Below, piece by piece: positions 1 through 12,112 of a DNA stretch of 64,000 nucleotides. Origin of the DNA: Felis catus. Lineage: Eukaryota. The stretch lies in the NCBI RefSeq assembly GCF_018350175.1, contig NC_058368.1, positions 7,626,001 to 7,690,000 of the forward strand. The letters are read 5' to 3'. Position 1 is the first letter of the stretch; the number at the start of each line of letters is the position of its first letter. The position numbers and the translations under genes are program-made. The notes beneath the pieces are model-generated. The model was not told the DNA's origin, searched no databases, and was given only the letters and a program-made list of their open reading frames with translations.

Positions 1-223
1 CAGATTTACAAGATAAAAAATTATGGAGATTGGTTTCACAACAATGTGAATATACTTAACAATACTGAACTTTACACTTAAAAATGGTTAAGATGAGGGG
101 CACCTGGGTGGCTCAGTCAGTTAATCCTTCAACTTCAGCTCTGGTCACGATCTTGTGTGTTCGTGGGTTCAAGCCCCGCGTCGGGCTCTATGCTGACAGC
201 TCAGAGCCTGGAGCCTGCTTTGG

Positions 224-265
<42 letters not shown>

Positions 266-400
266 CCTCCCCCACTTGTATGTACGTGCACTCTCTCTCT
301 CTCTCTCTCTCTCAAAAATAAATAAACATTAACAAATTTTTTTTATGTTTTGTGTTATGTGTTCTGTTATCACAATTAAAAATAAATAAATACGATAAAT
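1..400 (+). mobile_element. Old L1 (L1M) 3' end interrupted by a Can-SINE at about 97-335
   Basis: acaacaatgtgaatatacttaac...gaactttacacttaaaaatggttaag, then a SINE head ggggcacctgggtggctcagtc, (CT)n and A-rich tail. Confidence 0.75.
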
Positions 401-1039
401 AAAATAATAATAGAACCCAAGAGTGACCACAAGATAAGTGTTAACAAGGGCTTGGAGATCACAGGTTACTAAGTGAACTTTCTAATTCTCCAGAAGAAAA
501 ATGGTATCATTTTAGTACCTACCTCATAAGGCACTTACGAAGATTTAATGAGATGATACATACGTCATTCTTAACACTTACCTCATCACAGGCTGCTTCA
601 CAAACATGTCTAGTTGGGAAAATATTGACACGTAGTTAAGAACCAAAATACATTTGACAATGTGGCTGGTGTGGTTCCGTTTTATGTAAAGAAACAAAGA
701 ATTCGGTGGGTTGAGTGTATTTGTGTAAGTATGTGTAAGTAATGCACGTATATTTAAACAAGAAGGTGGGAGAAATATATCTGAAACTTTAACAGCATTT
801 CCCCTGAAGGAACATTTTGGGCTTTGGGTTGGGCACATAAAGGGAAAGTTTCACTTACTACTATAAGTGAAAAGACAAAATTATCTGAATTCTTAACACC
901 AAGCATATTTGATGCTTTAACTTGAGTAGGTAAAAAAAAACAATCAAATACAGATATTTCTTGTGTCCTGACTGTATACACAAGTGGGAATTAGCCATAC
1001 AACTTAGAATAAATCATATCTACTTTCACACTTCTAAAA

Positions 1040-1350
1040 ATCCAAGTGAAGAGACATGATCCTTGCAATGAGAGAAGTGGTCTCTGCTGAGTTCATGGGC
1101 AGAGGGAGACAAGGTTGCAGAAGAACAGATGGAAAGATGCAGTATTGTTGGCTATGAAGATGGGGGCAGGGGGCCACCAGCCAAGGAATTCTAGCAGCCC
1201 GTAGAAGCCGGAACCGGTGAGGACACAGATTCTCCACTAGAGCCTCCAGAGAGGAACGTAACCCTGATGACACCTTGATTTTAGCCCAGAAGGACATTTG
1301 TCGAACTGCTTACCTATAGAACTGAAAGATAATACATTTTTGTTGCTTGA
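1040..1350 (+). mobile_element. MLT1-type MaLR LTR fragment
   Basis: cagattctccactagagcctccagagagg...gacaccttgattttagccc...gataatacatttttgttg. Confidence 0.75.
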
Positions 1351-1549
1351 AAGAAATCCAAGCGAAAAGAAAGGATGTCCACGTTAAGGGCCAGTTGGAT
1401 GATATGGACAAGAAGCTTGTAGATTTCGGCAGAGGAAGCCATCACTCATGATGGCTGGTGGAGCTGAAAAAGACCTAAAGTATAAGACAGAGCTCAAGTC
1501 TAGCAACAAAGCAAGGGCTTAAAGAGGAATAAACATCCCAGGAGGGGCC

Positions 1550-1989
1550 ATGTTCCAGTAAACCCACAGTAAGTTGAAAATATCATAAGTTGAAATGTAT
1601 TTAATAGACCCAACCTACCGAACATCACAGCTTAGCCTGGCCCACCTCAAATGTGCTCAGAATACTGATGTCAGCCTCCAGTTGGGCAAAATCATCTACA
1701 CCCAGCCTATTTTATAATAAAGTGTTGGATCTCTCATGTCACAGACTGAATACCGTACCCAGAGTAAACACCAGAATGCCGTCCAGGGTGTTGCTTGTTT
1801 ACCCTGTGATCCCACGGCAGACTGGGAGCTTCTACTGTCCAGCATCATGAAAGAGGGTAATATTGCTAACCCAGGAAAAGATCGAAATTCAAAATTCAAA
1901 GGACCGTCTCTACTGAACGTGTATCCCTTTTGCGCCGTCGTAAAGTTGAAAAATAGTAAGTTGAACCACTATAAGTTGGGGACCATCTG
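1550..1989 (+). mobile_element. MER47/Tigger5-like DNA transposon fossil
   Basis: aacctaccgaacatcacagcttagcc...gttgggcaaaatcatcta, with terminal aagttggggaccatctg. Confidence 0.75.
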
Positions 1990-2029
1990 TGTATGTGTAT
2001 ATTTATGACATGCATATATTATGTATGTC

Positions 2030-2215
2030 ATCCATCTAATTCTTACAGCAACCCTGTGAGAGAGATTCCATCCATCATTATCTCTTCTTCCAGAACGGGA
2101 AACTGGGGCCTAACGAAGTTCAGTTACTTGCCCAACGTTGCATGGTGAAGAGTGGTGGACAGAGAAGTCCAGCCTAGCGGGACTGGCTTCAGGGCTCTTA
2201 TCTTAACCGAGGCAC
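2030..2215 (-). mobile_element. MIR fragment
   Basis: taattcttacagcaaccctgtgag...gggaaactggggc...gttacttgccca core. Confidence 0.65.
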
Positions 2216-2559
2216 TGGAAGGGAGGACGAGAGAAGGCAGACCTTCACCAAGAACCACACTGGAATGTAAGGACAGGGGCAAGTCCAAGTTTATAAGCCT
2301 GTGGGAGGGAGGGAGCTAAGCTTCAAAGGACGAGGGAGGCTGAATCAATGGAGTGCTGCAGAAAAGCAAGCCTTCGCCAGCTGTTTGGTTCCTGGTCTGG
2401 GGGCAGGAGTCACAGATCCTTTTAAGGATCCAACAAAAGGATGGACCTTCTCAGTAGGAAAAAAAAAATACAGAACATTGCACACAATTTCATTAGGTTC
2501 CTCCCCTCCAGTTAAGTCTTGCCCTAAATAGACCATGCAAACAATTCAATCACAAACAA

Positions 2560-3005
2560 CTCTATAGAAGAAATTTTATTTTCATTCATAAAATATATCA
2601 CTAAATAGCGGAAAAGTTACATATTGTTTTAAAACATAGATTTAAAAAAATCATATCAGCTTCTCCTTAGCAAAATGCTTTTGTTTTATGTATTTACAAG
2701 AATATACTATAGTTCAGGTACACAATTTTCACTGAAGCCAGACTGAGAAGGCCTTTGGATGTGGGTAGATGCTCCAATAAAGTTAATTATCAGCTCTTCC
2801 TGCCTTGTGCAAAGGATGATGTGATTTTTACAAAAGTTCCTTTGAAAACAAGAGTAAATACAGAGAGCTTCTAGAGAAAAGTCCAGCAAAGCAGCAGTTG
2901 AGAATATACTTTCTTTTAGTGATGAGATTAATCCTGTTTTGGTAATCTATAGCCTGTTTAAGCTGGGGGTTGAAGGGAGGAAGTCCTTAAGACTAAGTCG
3001 TTTCT
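2560..3005 (-). other. FLT3: FLT3 3' UTR (end approximate)
   Basis: Lies between the TAG stop at 3006-3008 and AATAAA at 2575-2580, with a GT-rich element downstream. Confidence 0.8.
2575..2580 (-). terminator. Polyadenylation signal AATAAA
   Basis: Plus-strand tttatt. On the minus strand it is followed about 20 nt later by GTTGTTTGTGATTG, a GU-rich downstream element. Confidence 0.8.
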
Positions 3006-3128
3006 CTAGGAATCTTCGACAGGAGCCTGTGGAGTGAGTAAACCCGATTCCACCTCTCTGCTGTAAGGTTGCCTGTTTTGGTAGACGGAAGGACGGTCGG
3101 AAACATGGCCATCCGTGTTCTGATACAT
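3006..3128 (-). CDS. FLT3: FLT3 exon 24 coding part (C-terminal tail)
   Basis: Acceptor ttcag|ATG. Encodes MYQNTDGHVSDRPSVYQNRQPYSREVESGLLTPQAPVEDS*; 123 nt. Confidence 0.95.
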   Translation of the reverse strand: MYQNTDGHVSDRPSVYQNRQPYSREVESGLLTPQAPVEDS

Positions 3129-3799
3129 CTGAATGTGGGAAAAAAGACACAACACTGGTTACCATCCGATGATGACGTACATGTCACGGGGCTCTATTGC
3201 AAATTACTTGCTATTACTACACATAAGCCTTAGAGAATAATCTTAAGAGGATATTAATTGACAAAGCAGATTTGGTCCTTTTATTCATGGAGAAATCAAG
3301 TTGAGCATTTTATTCCATTATTATTTCTATTCTTGGCTACAAAATCTCGATCTAGAAATCCTAATGCTGTGCGGTAAAACCATAAAAGAGAAAGGCCCCT
3401 AAGAGAGACCTGTTCATTATGCAATTAATACGGGGGACTGATGCTTGAGTTTCACTTGGGTGACTTTAGAGTGCTTTTCCAAAATGAAAGTAGTTCTACT
3501 TTTTGTCTGATGACAAAGTTAATTCACATTCATAGAGATAACGTAAGCCATGTAGGAAGATGTATAGAAAACAAGCTAAACTCATCAGAGGTGGCCACCG
3601 TTATAGTCTGCTGTGCATACACAATTGTGTATCCGTAGGCTGAGAGTGTAGATTCTGGTTTCGAGCCTTATTCTGAGTTGCTAATATGTTGTCCGGATGT
3701 TACGTGAGTTATATATTTTCCCTGTTGACAGAATGGGAGCACATTCATCTTTTTAACGCAGCCTAGCATTCCATAGTACTGATGTACCATCATTAAACT

Positions 3800-4019
3800 T
3801 TTTTAAAATCAATCATTTATTTATTTTTGAGAGATGGAGTGCGAGGGGGGGAGGGGCAGAGAGAGAGAGACAGAGAGACAGAGGGAGGGAGAGAAGCCCA
3901 AGCAGTCTCCATGCTCGGCGAGGAGCCGGACATGGGGTTCAATCCCATGACCGCGAGATCATGACCTGAGCCAGCACCAAAAGTTGGACGCTCGGCGGAC
4001 TGAGCCACCCGGCCGCCCC
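3800..4019 (-). mobile_element. Can-SINE
   Basis: Reverse-complement tRNA-derived head, (GA)n and poly-T tail. Confidence 0.9.
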
Positions 4020-4699
4020 TAACTAACCTTTCGGTGGACTGGTTATGTAACATAAAACTGCAGAGGTTACACTGGCCTCGTCTGTCTCTGGGATGAACGG
4101 GGAAGTGGCATCTCTGGGTCCAAGGGGATGCATATTTGAGTGCTGAAACACTCAGGCTGCACCGTCAGCTGTGTTTGGGAACACTATTTTCTCCAGAGCC
4201 TTAGGACAAGACAAGGGTTGTCTGTTTTTCACAGTTTGGTAACTGAGCGGACCGCCTCCTACTCTTTGATTTTTTTCTTTCTGGAAAGCAGATCAAGAGA
4301 AATATCCTTTTGACCCTGGTCTGCACAATAACACTCTGCCTGTACCCGGAAGGATGAACAGGGATGATATGTGTTTTTTGGAAAGCAGCAGGCGGTCATG
4401 ACCTGTTGAACCAAACGTACATCTCGGGCGTTGGATGTCTAACCCTCCGAGCGAGGCTGTGACAGAAACACCAGGGACGCTTCAGACCCAACCTGTATTC
4501 ATGATCTTTCATCCCCAAACCTTCCCTGCTTCCTGTGTTTGCAATTCCACTTGGCGCACTGCCAGTCCCGTGATCCAGAAGTTCCGGAACCATCTCCTTG
4601 AGCTCGCTGTGCTCCCAGAGCCAGTCAGTCCGTCCCTGGGGCACTTTCGGGTATATCACTGCTTTTCCTGTCTTCCTTTTCCATTTCTTTCATGGATTT

Positions 4700-4935
4700 T
4701 TATTTACGTAATTGGCCTAACTGACGTATAAGGGACACACAATGTTACATCAGCTTCAGGTGTACAACATAGTGATTCCACGAGTCTGTATGTCACCGTG
4801 TTCACCAGAGCGTGGCTGCCTTCTGTCACCATACACTTTTTGTTACACTACCACTGACTTATTCCCTATGCTGTACCTTTCATCCTGGTGACTTAGTCAT
4901 TATAACCGGAAGCCTGTACCTCCTTCACCCCTGTA
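4700..4935 (-). mobile_element. L1 3' end fragment
   Basis: ttcaggtgtacaacatagtgattc...ctgtcaccatac...attccctatgctgtacct. A similar fragment lies near 8085-8210. Confidence 0.65.
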
Positions 4936-5080
4936 AGCGATTTTTTAAATGAATTTTTAATGGCACAAGTAATCCGTAAGTACATTCTCCTTATAAAAAT
5001 TTTGAAACCCCAGCTTTCCAAGTGTATCCGTGGAAAGAGGTGCGTAGGGTTTTCTTATACTTTTGAAAATAGTGTCCCAT

Positions 5081-5290
5081 TAAGTGACCGACTTCGGCTC
5101 AGGTCATGATCTCGGGGTTTGTGAGTTCGAGCCCCGCATCGGGCTCTGGGCTGAGAGCTCGGAGCCCCGAGCCTGCTTCGGATTCTGTGTCTCCCTCTCT
5201 CTCTGACCCTCCCCCACTCACACTCTGTCTCTGTCTCCCTCTTGAGAATAAACATTAAAATAAAAAATTTTTTTTAAAAAAGAAAAGAAA
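5081..5290 (+). mobile_element. 5'-truncated Can-SINE
   Basis: Lacks the A-box head. Flanked by gaaaat(a/g)gtgtccc direct repeats. Confidence 0.85.
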
Positions 5291-5746
5291 ATGGTGTCCC
5301 TGTCCATAATTACGTTCTTTTTATCCTGAATCTTATTTGTGCTGTCTCTTCTTTCTTAATTGCTCTCTTCATAGTGTGCTTTAGTGGTATATTTGTACAC
5401 TATGTTAATATACAATATTAATATACAGTGTCAACCACTTCCAGACTGTTGTATTCAACCCCTAAGTCTGACCCTTACTGTGTGACCTTGGGCAAATTAC
5501 TGAACCTCTCTGTATCTCTGTTTACTGATCTGCAAAAGAGGTAATGGTTGAACTTACTTTGTGAGCCTGAAATGAGAATTAAATGTATTATTATGGGTAA
5601 CATGTTAGGAAGTGTGCATGACATCAAAAACGGGAGCAATTAAATTATTAGTTTAAAAACAACTTTTGGCTTTCCTGACCATCACTATTATTTTGTTTTG
5701 GGGGCTACTCTCAGTTTAATGAATTCTGCCTGTATCAATATTAGTT

Positions 5747-5967
5747 CTTTTTTTGTTTTTAATATTTGTTTATTTTTGAGAGAAAGAGAGACAGAGAGCG
5801 AGCAGGGGAGGGACACAGAGAGAGAGAGGGAGACACAGAACCCGAAGCAGGCTCTAGGCTCCAACCAGTCAGCACAGAGCCCGATGCAGGGCTCGAACCC
5901 ATGAACTGCGAGATCATGACCTGAGCGGAAGACAGATGTTTAACCGCCTGAGCCACCCAGGTGCCCC
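5747..5967 (-). mobile_element. Can-SINE
   Basis: Full-length reverse copy. Confidence 0.9.
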
Positions 5968-6506
5968 TCTATTAGTTCTGTTCTGCTGCTTTGTTCTTTC
6001 TCTTCTTCCTCTCTGTCTCCTCATACATTGCTGTTTGTTTGTTTGTTTTTTCTTAGTTTCTTGAGTTGAAAGTTGAAGTCATTCATTTTCATTCTTTTTT
6101 GCTTTCTAACAAATGAATTTAGAATTATAAACGTGGCTGGCTCCTACAGGTTTTAATAAGTAGGGTCTATTTTTATTTCTTTTTCCTTCTTCCTCCTTCT
6201 TGTGAACCAAAGACTTCTGTAAGCAGGGATTTTCATCTCTGACGTCAGATGTTGGGGCCTTTTTGGTTGTTCTTGGCGATGTCCCATTCCACTGCACTGA
6301 GGTCAGTTAATGTGCTGTATGATGACAGGCACATTTATTTTGAAATTCTCTTTCCTAAGTGGACTTACAAATCCTGCTTTTTTGTGTTTTTTTTTTTTTT
6401 TTTCTATTTCCATGAATGTTCTTTGTTTCTCTCTCCCCTGCTTTGTTGGGTTGTTCAAGTTTTCTATGGTCCTTTTTCATTTCTACGCTACACCTGAGAT
6501 TATAAT

Positions 6507-6727
6507 TGTTTGTTTGTTTGTTTGTTTATTTATTTATTGAGAGAGAGACAGGGAGCAAGCAGGGGAGGGGCAGAGAGAGAGAGGGAGACACAGAATCCGA
6601 AGCAGGCTCCAGGCTCCGAGCTGTCAGCACAGAGCCCGATGTGGGGCTTGAACTTACTCACGAGCGGTGAGATCATGACCTGAGCCCAAAGTCGGACACT
6701 TAACCTACTGAGCCACCCAGGCGCCCC
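6507..6727 (-). mobile_element. Can-SINE
   Basis: Reverse copy, TSD acacctgagattataa. Confidence 0.9.
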
Positions 6728-7080
6728 ACACCTGAGATTATAAACTATATTTTTATTTCTACACTACACCTGAGATATATTATGTTCTCTTTTTAATGGT
6801 GGTTATACTCACATTTTTAACACTTGCTTTATTCTTACGTGTACTTAACAGTGTGGCTGCCCCCACTGTGGAACCACTGCAAAATCCTACCAGACCTCTC
6901 CCTGCCCGTTAGGGAAGCACGTGTCCTTATCCTTTCAAAGAGTCCTCTGTCGTGGGTCTTCTCCCTTCAGTCCTAACTGCTTTCATCATCCCAGGTGTTT
7001 TCCACCGTTCCCGGTCCACAGAGATCGCCTTCTGGCTTTCAAAGGCAATTATGGTCTCACTTCTTTAAAAATATATAACA

Positions 7081-7320
7081 GGGGCGCCTGGGTGGCTCAG
7101 TGGGTTAAGTGTCTGTCTTCGGCTCAGGTTGTGATATCGTGGTTCATGAGTTTGAGCCCCGCATCGGGACCTGTGCTGACGGCTCGGAGCCTGGAGCCTG
7201 CTTGGGATTCTGAGTCTCTCTCACTTCCTGCCCTCCCCCGTTCATGCTCTGTCTGTCCCTCTCTCTCTCTCAAAAATAAACATAAAAAATTTTTTTAATA
7301 CATAAAATAAAAAGTAATAA
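7081..7320 (+). mobile_element. Can-SINE
   Basis: ggggcgcctgggtggctcag head, CT-rich body and A tail. Confidence 0.9.
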
Positions 7321-7515
7321 AAATATGTAGTGTATATATCTATATTTTAATATTTATATTAAATATTTGTATTTGTATTACAATATACAAATTTGTATAC
7401 AAATACAAATTTGTATTACAAATAGAAATCCTTTATATTTGTATTATATTTATTTGCAATACATTATATATGATACATTTATAATATAGTTCTATATTAT
7501 ATATATATTATATTC
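7321..7515. repeat. AT-rich low-complexity tract with short palindromes
   Basis: Repeated tatacaaat/atttgtat units. Confidence 0.8.
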
Positions 7516-9545
7516 TACACCCTATAATTTGTGGGCACTGATATGAAAGGAGAGGTGATGTGAGTTCAGGCCCCTTTCTTGAAACAGGAGCCGTGTGTCC
7601 CTTTCCTCTGCACCCCTCCCCCCTGCCGCGGTCCAGTTCACTCCCTCCTTTGCTCACCTCTGCTGCCACAGTCACCTCTTAACGGATGTCCTTCCTCGTG
7701 CTGTTTCGCTTTTGCCTCCCCAAACTTGCTTTTACGCTTCCTTTCTTCCAGATATCATTGCTTAGCCCTTTCTATACGCTAAGCACTGGGTATGTCACAG
7801 CGAACAAAACAGACAGGGCCTCTAATGTACCCTCATGCTGTGAGTGTCTCCTGCCTGTGGAACCACACAGGTGATGTGAAGATGAACAGTGCGTGTCCTT
7901 GACCTCGTGAGCCAAGTCTAGTGATGGGAAGGCAAAAGTATCACACAACACTGAGTCTCAGAGTGTCACATAGTGTTACGGGGACTCAGAAGAAGGACCC
8001 TGAAATCTGACCGGAGAAGTTACAGGGAGGTCTTTGGAGACGAGGGAATAGCTTGATCTGGCTCCTTTTTAAAAAAAAAAAAAAACGGATGTATAAGGGA
8101 CATGTAACACTGGATTAGCTTCAGGCGTACGACACGATTCGTCTCTGGGTATCTATTGGGAGAGGGTCACCACCATAAGCCCGGTTAACATCTGTCACAC
8201 ACGTAGCGATCTGGGCTTCGAGACAAATCTTGAAGCATGTCTGTCCATTCTGCAAATCCTCCCCGGGTTCCACAAATCCTCATTGCCTTAGCACGTTGTT
8301 CGACGATCTCCCTGCTGTAAGTTACATCTCAGAGCATCAACCTGTGTTTCCTCTGCGTGCTTCCCTCCTCTTCTCATTGGTTCCCCGAGGGCCATTTGCT
8401 TCCCGAGTCCACGATGGAGCAAAACCAGAGATTCTACAAAAAGCATTCACACGCGGAGCAGGAGATGTTACCCCAGGCACGCTGGCAAGGCCTGTCTTCC
8501 CACTCAAGAGACGACACGTGGCTGTGCTCGGGAGGTGTGAAGAGAAACCACGGAACGGCGACACAGGAGGAGCCAGGGTCTGCTCGCAGTGGGCACGGCT
8601 GCGGAGATCATGCCTCGCTCAGAGGTGTCCAGCCAAGCGGGCAAGGGGGGCCTGAAGTCCAATCTCTGCTCTGCTCCCCGGGCTTCTAGACTGGAGCCCA
8701 CTGCACCAGCCGGGGGTGAGAGGCTCCCCACGGTGGCTGGGCGGATGAGTGTCTCCCTGGCAGGGACACTATTTTGTCATTTACCTAAAGGAGCTACAGC
8801 TTGCCATCAGTGGCTCTGAGACGGGTAGGGAAAAGAACTTTCCATCACAGAGGGTCAGGGGGCAGAGAGGAAGAGAATGGGGGGGTGGGGAGTTGAAGGG
8901 ATGTCCCTGAGCTTGGATATCCTCAGCTGAGTCATTGTCCGTGGAGACCTTGCCATTCAACAATCCCTGATATGTTGAAGGCCCCCTGAACAGAGGGAGA
9001 GGGATTTGGACATCCTGGGAGCATGGGGACAGAGGACAGCTGCACATCGAGTCCAAGGAGGTCCTGAACAAAGCCAAGGGACAGTTTGGCCGCAGCGGAC
9101 CCTGCACCCTGGCCCACTACCTTTATAGTCTTGTTTTCCTCCGTGTTCCCCCACTCGCCCTATACTTTAGCCACAACCATTTGTTTTCCATTCGCCTCTC
9201 TCACCTGTGAACCTTTACTTCTATCACTCATCCAGCCTGGAACACTCCACCAACCCCCCAACCCCCAGCAGCCAAAATCCTACTCATTCTTCCCAAAATT
9301 CTAGCGCAAATAAAACCTCTGTGGATCCAAAGCCAGCTCCCCAGCCAGTGAAAACTGCTTGGCTTTCTCTTTGCCTGAACAGCTCCTTTCTTGTTTTCTC
9401 TCCACGATTCTTCTTTCAGTTTCTCTTATAGCGTCATTAACTATTTCCGGGTTATCTACTCGATAGCCCTGAGGCTTTCCATCTCCCCTGACTTTCTGGA
9501 CCTAATTCCCTGACCATATTTTCGTTTCCAGATGTGATTTTTTCA

Positions 9546-9755
9546 GGGGCGTCCGGGGGGCTCAGTCGGTTAAGCGTCCGACCTCGGCTCAGGTCACGAT
9601 CTCAGGGTTTGTGAGTTCGAGCCCCGCGCTGGGCTCGCTGCTGGCTGCGCTGATCCTGCTTCGGATCCTCCGTTCCCCCCTCTCTCTGCCCCTCCCCTGC
9701 TCATGCTCACTCTCTCACCAAAACAACAACAACAACAAAGCCCAAAAACAAACAA
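9546..9755 (+). mobile_element. Can-SINE
   Basis: Head, body and (CAA)n tail. Confidence 0.88.
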
Positions 9756-10746
9756 GCAAACAGACGAATGATCGAATGGGATTCTTCGAACATCCTAACA
9801 GGAGGACAGGCCACACACGACCTATACCCAGGTCTCTGGAGAGGCCACAGAATTGAAAACGGACTCAGTAATTTAGAAAAAGAGCACAGACAATCCATTT
9901 AAAGAGTCAGGTGCCTATGTAGCTAACATTTATTAACTACCAAGTGCCTGCTGTGTGGGAAGTCTTTGCACATACATCAGTTTATTTACTCTTTAGAGCT
10001 CCCCAAAGTAAGATCTGTTAGTCCCATATTTCAGACACGGAAACTGAGAGCCAACAAAAGATTGACTTAATCGAGGCCTGTAAGATGTAAATGACGGAGC
10101 CAAGATCTGAACCTGGGTACTGGAGGTTCAAGGTCCCATCCTTCGTCCACGGCCTCTAGAGGATGGTTCCGTTCACTACGCCAGGTTGTATTACCGGGGG
10201 GGAAGAGTTAGCAGAGGGATTCCAAGTTCACAGCGCTCAAGGATCACCCGGCGTGACAACCCATTTTACAGGTGAGAAAAGGAAGACCCAGAGGAACGAT
10301 CTGCCGTAATGCACACAGCAATGAGGAGACCGCATGGTAGGACTGGGATTCGACTCTTCAGGACTGCAGGGCAATGTTCTCTCCACGATACTGTATTACA
10401 TGACTGAGTCGTGCGATTACTCCATGCTAACGGTCGGTGGCGGGGCGGGGCGGGGGGGGCGGGGGGGCTCAGGGATTCAGTATTATTTGGTTGTCTAGTC
10501 CTGTGCACTGGACATTTAATTTCTCAATTGGCCGAAACCTTTAGGGAGAGCTTCCCCCCCTCCCCCCCGCAAAAAAAAAACAAAACAAAAAAACAAAAAA
10601 AACCAGTTACCAATAAATAGATCTCACCCCATACAACTTTTAAAGGGCAAACAAGACAAATCGCGGTGAGAAAGACAACGTGGTATCTTTGGGTCTCGGG
10701 AAGCCAGCGTGTGTTCTGAGTTATCGCTTTCCTTTCTAAGGACGCC

Positions 10747-10949
10747 TTTTCAAGTTTACTTGTTCAGAGAGAGACAGCACGAGTCGGGGAGGGGCAGAGA
10801 GAGAGGGAGGGAGAGGGAATCCCAAGCAGGCTCCACGCTGCCAGCACAGAGCCCGACGCGGGGCTCGAACTCCCCAACTCGGGAGGTCACCACTCGAGCC
10901 GAAACCAAGAGCTGGCCGCCCAACCAGCTGAGCCCCCCGGGGGGCCCCC
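10747..10949 (-). mobile_element. Can-SINE about 40 nt downstream of exon 23 (sense to FLT3)
   Basis: Diverged reverse copy. Confidence 0.88.
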
Positions 10950-10987
10950 TCCAGCATCGCCTTTTCAAGCAGGGTGCTGCTACCTAC

Positions 10988-11093
10988 CGCTTCTTCTGCA
11001 TCGGCCAGCTGACATCCTAAAAACGAGGTCAGGTTGGGGAAGGACGGCCGTTTCCTCGAGTCAAAAGCCCAGCACGATTGCATTATAAAGTAT
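10988..11093 (-). CDS. FLT3: FLT3 exon 23
   Basis: YFIMQSCWAFDSRKRPSFPNLTSFLGCQLADAEEA; 106 nt, cag/gtaggt. Confidence 0.96.
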
Positions 11094-11275
11094 CTGCAAA
11101 AGCAAGAGGAGGAAGAGTAAGGAGAGGAAAGCTGAGCCAAGGGAAGCAGAGGCCCCGTACAGCTGCTCAGCTGCGGCCTGGTTGTTTTGCGGCACGGGCT
11201 CTACTAGATTTTCAACTCCCACCGGAAAGGGCAAATTAGATGAGGGACAGAAATGCGTTTTAAAAATTACGACGT

Positions 11276-11498
11276 GGGGCGCCTGGGTGGCTCGGTTGGT
11301 TAAGCGTCCGACTTCGGCTCAGGTCACGATCTCGCAGTCCGTGAGTTCGGGCCCCGCGTCGGGCTCTGTGCCGACAGCTCGGAGCCTGGAGCCTGTTTCC
11401 GATTCTGTGTCTCCCTCTCTCTCTGCCCCTCCCCCGTTCATTCTCGGTCTCAAAAATAAATAAACGTTAAAAAAAAATTAAAAAAATAAAAAGTAAAA
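11276..11498 (+). mobile_element. Can-SINE in intron 22
   Basis: TSD aaaa(t/c)tacgacgtgg. Confidence 0.92.
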
Positions 11499-11803
11499 AC
11501 TACGACGTGGCCCAGAAGTCGGGAGATGGGAGTTGGATCACCCCCAGGGATCCCTCAAGCAAAGGAACTGAAGCCCCTAATTCATAGTATGTTAGGGCAG
11601 GAAGGTTCAGGAAGCCCCCCCCCCCCCCAAGAAAAGGATTAGAGTTTCCTTTTCTTTCCTTTTTTTTTTTTTTTAAGAGGAATCATATGCATTTTGCATT
11701 AAGGAGTGTTGCGCTTTTTTTTTGGGGGGGGGGTCATGCATTCGGAACGAGAGAGACTGTAAATTCCCGATTTCGGCCACCTTGCCCTCTGACGTGAACT
11801 TAC

Positions 11804-11903
11804 ATTTCTTCTGTAGCATAAAATGGCTGGTCCATCTTAAATCCACTCTGAATGAGTTTATAGAAGTTAGCGTCGACCGGAATGCCAGGGTACGGATTGA
11901 CAC
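11804..11903 (-). CDS. FLT3: FLT3 exon 22
   Basis: GVNPYPGIPVDANFYKLIQSGFKMDQPFYATEE; 100 nt, cag/gtaagt. Confidence 0.96.
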
Positions 11904-12112
11904 CTGAGGAAAACGTTAGGGCGGAGAAACCATCTCATTTGTTTCTTCATTCACTCAACAACGAACAAGCATGGACCGAGAGCTCCCATGGGCCCGACAC
12001 TGCTTGGCGTGAGGCCGTGGGCGGGGAGAGTCAGGACTTCTGCCCTCCAGCCGGTGGCTACAGGCCGGTGGGGGTAGACAGACCTACAGACACCACAAAT
12101 AAAGCACGAAAT

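Noticed and set aside
8230..8819. Overlapping 75-141 aa ORFs in intron 23
   Set aside because: No recognisable domain or splice structure. Overlapping ORFs on both strands are expected in GC-rich DNA.
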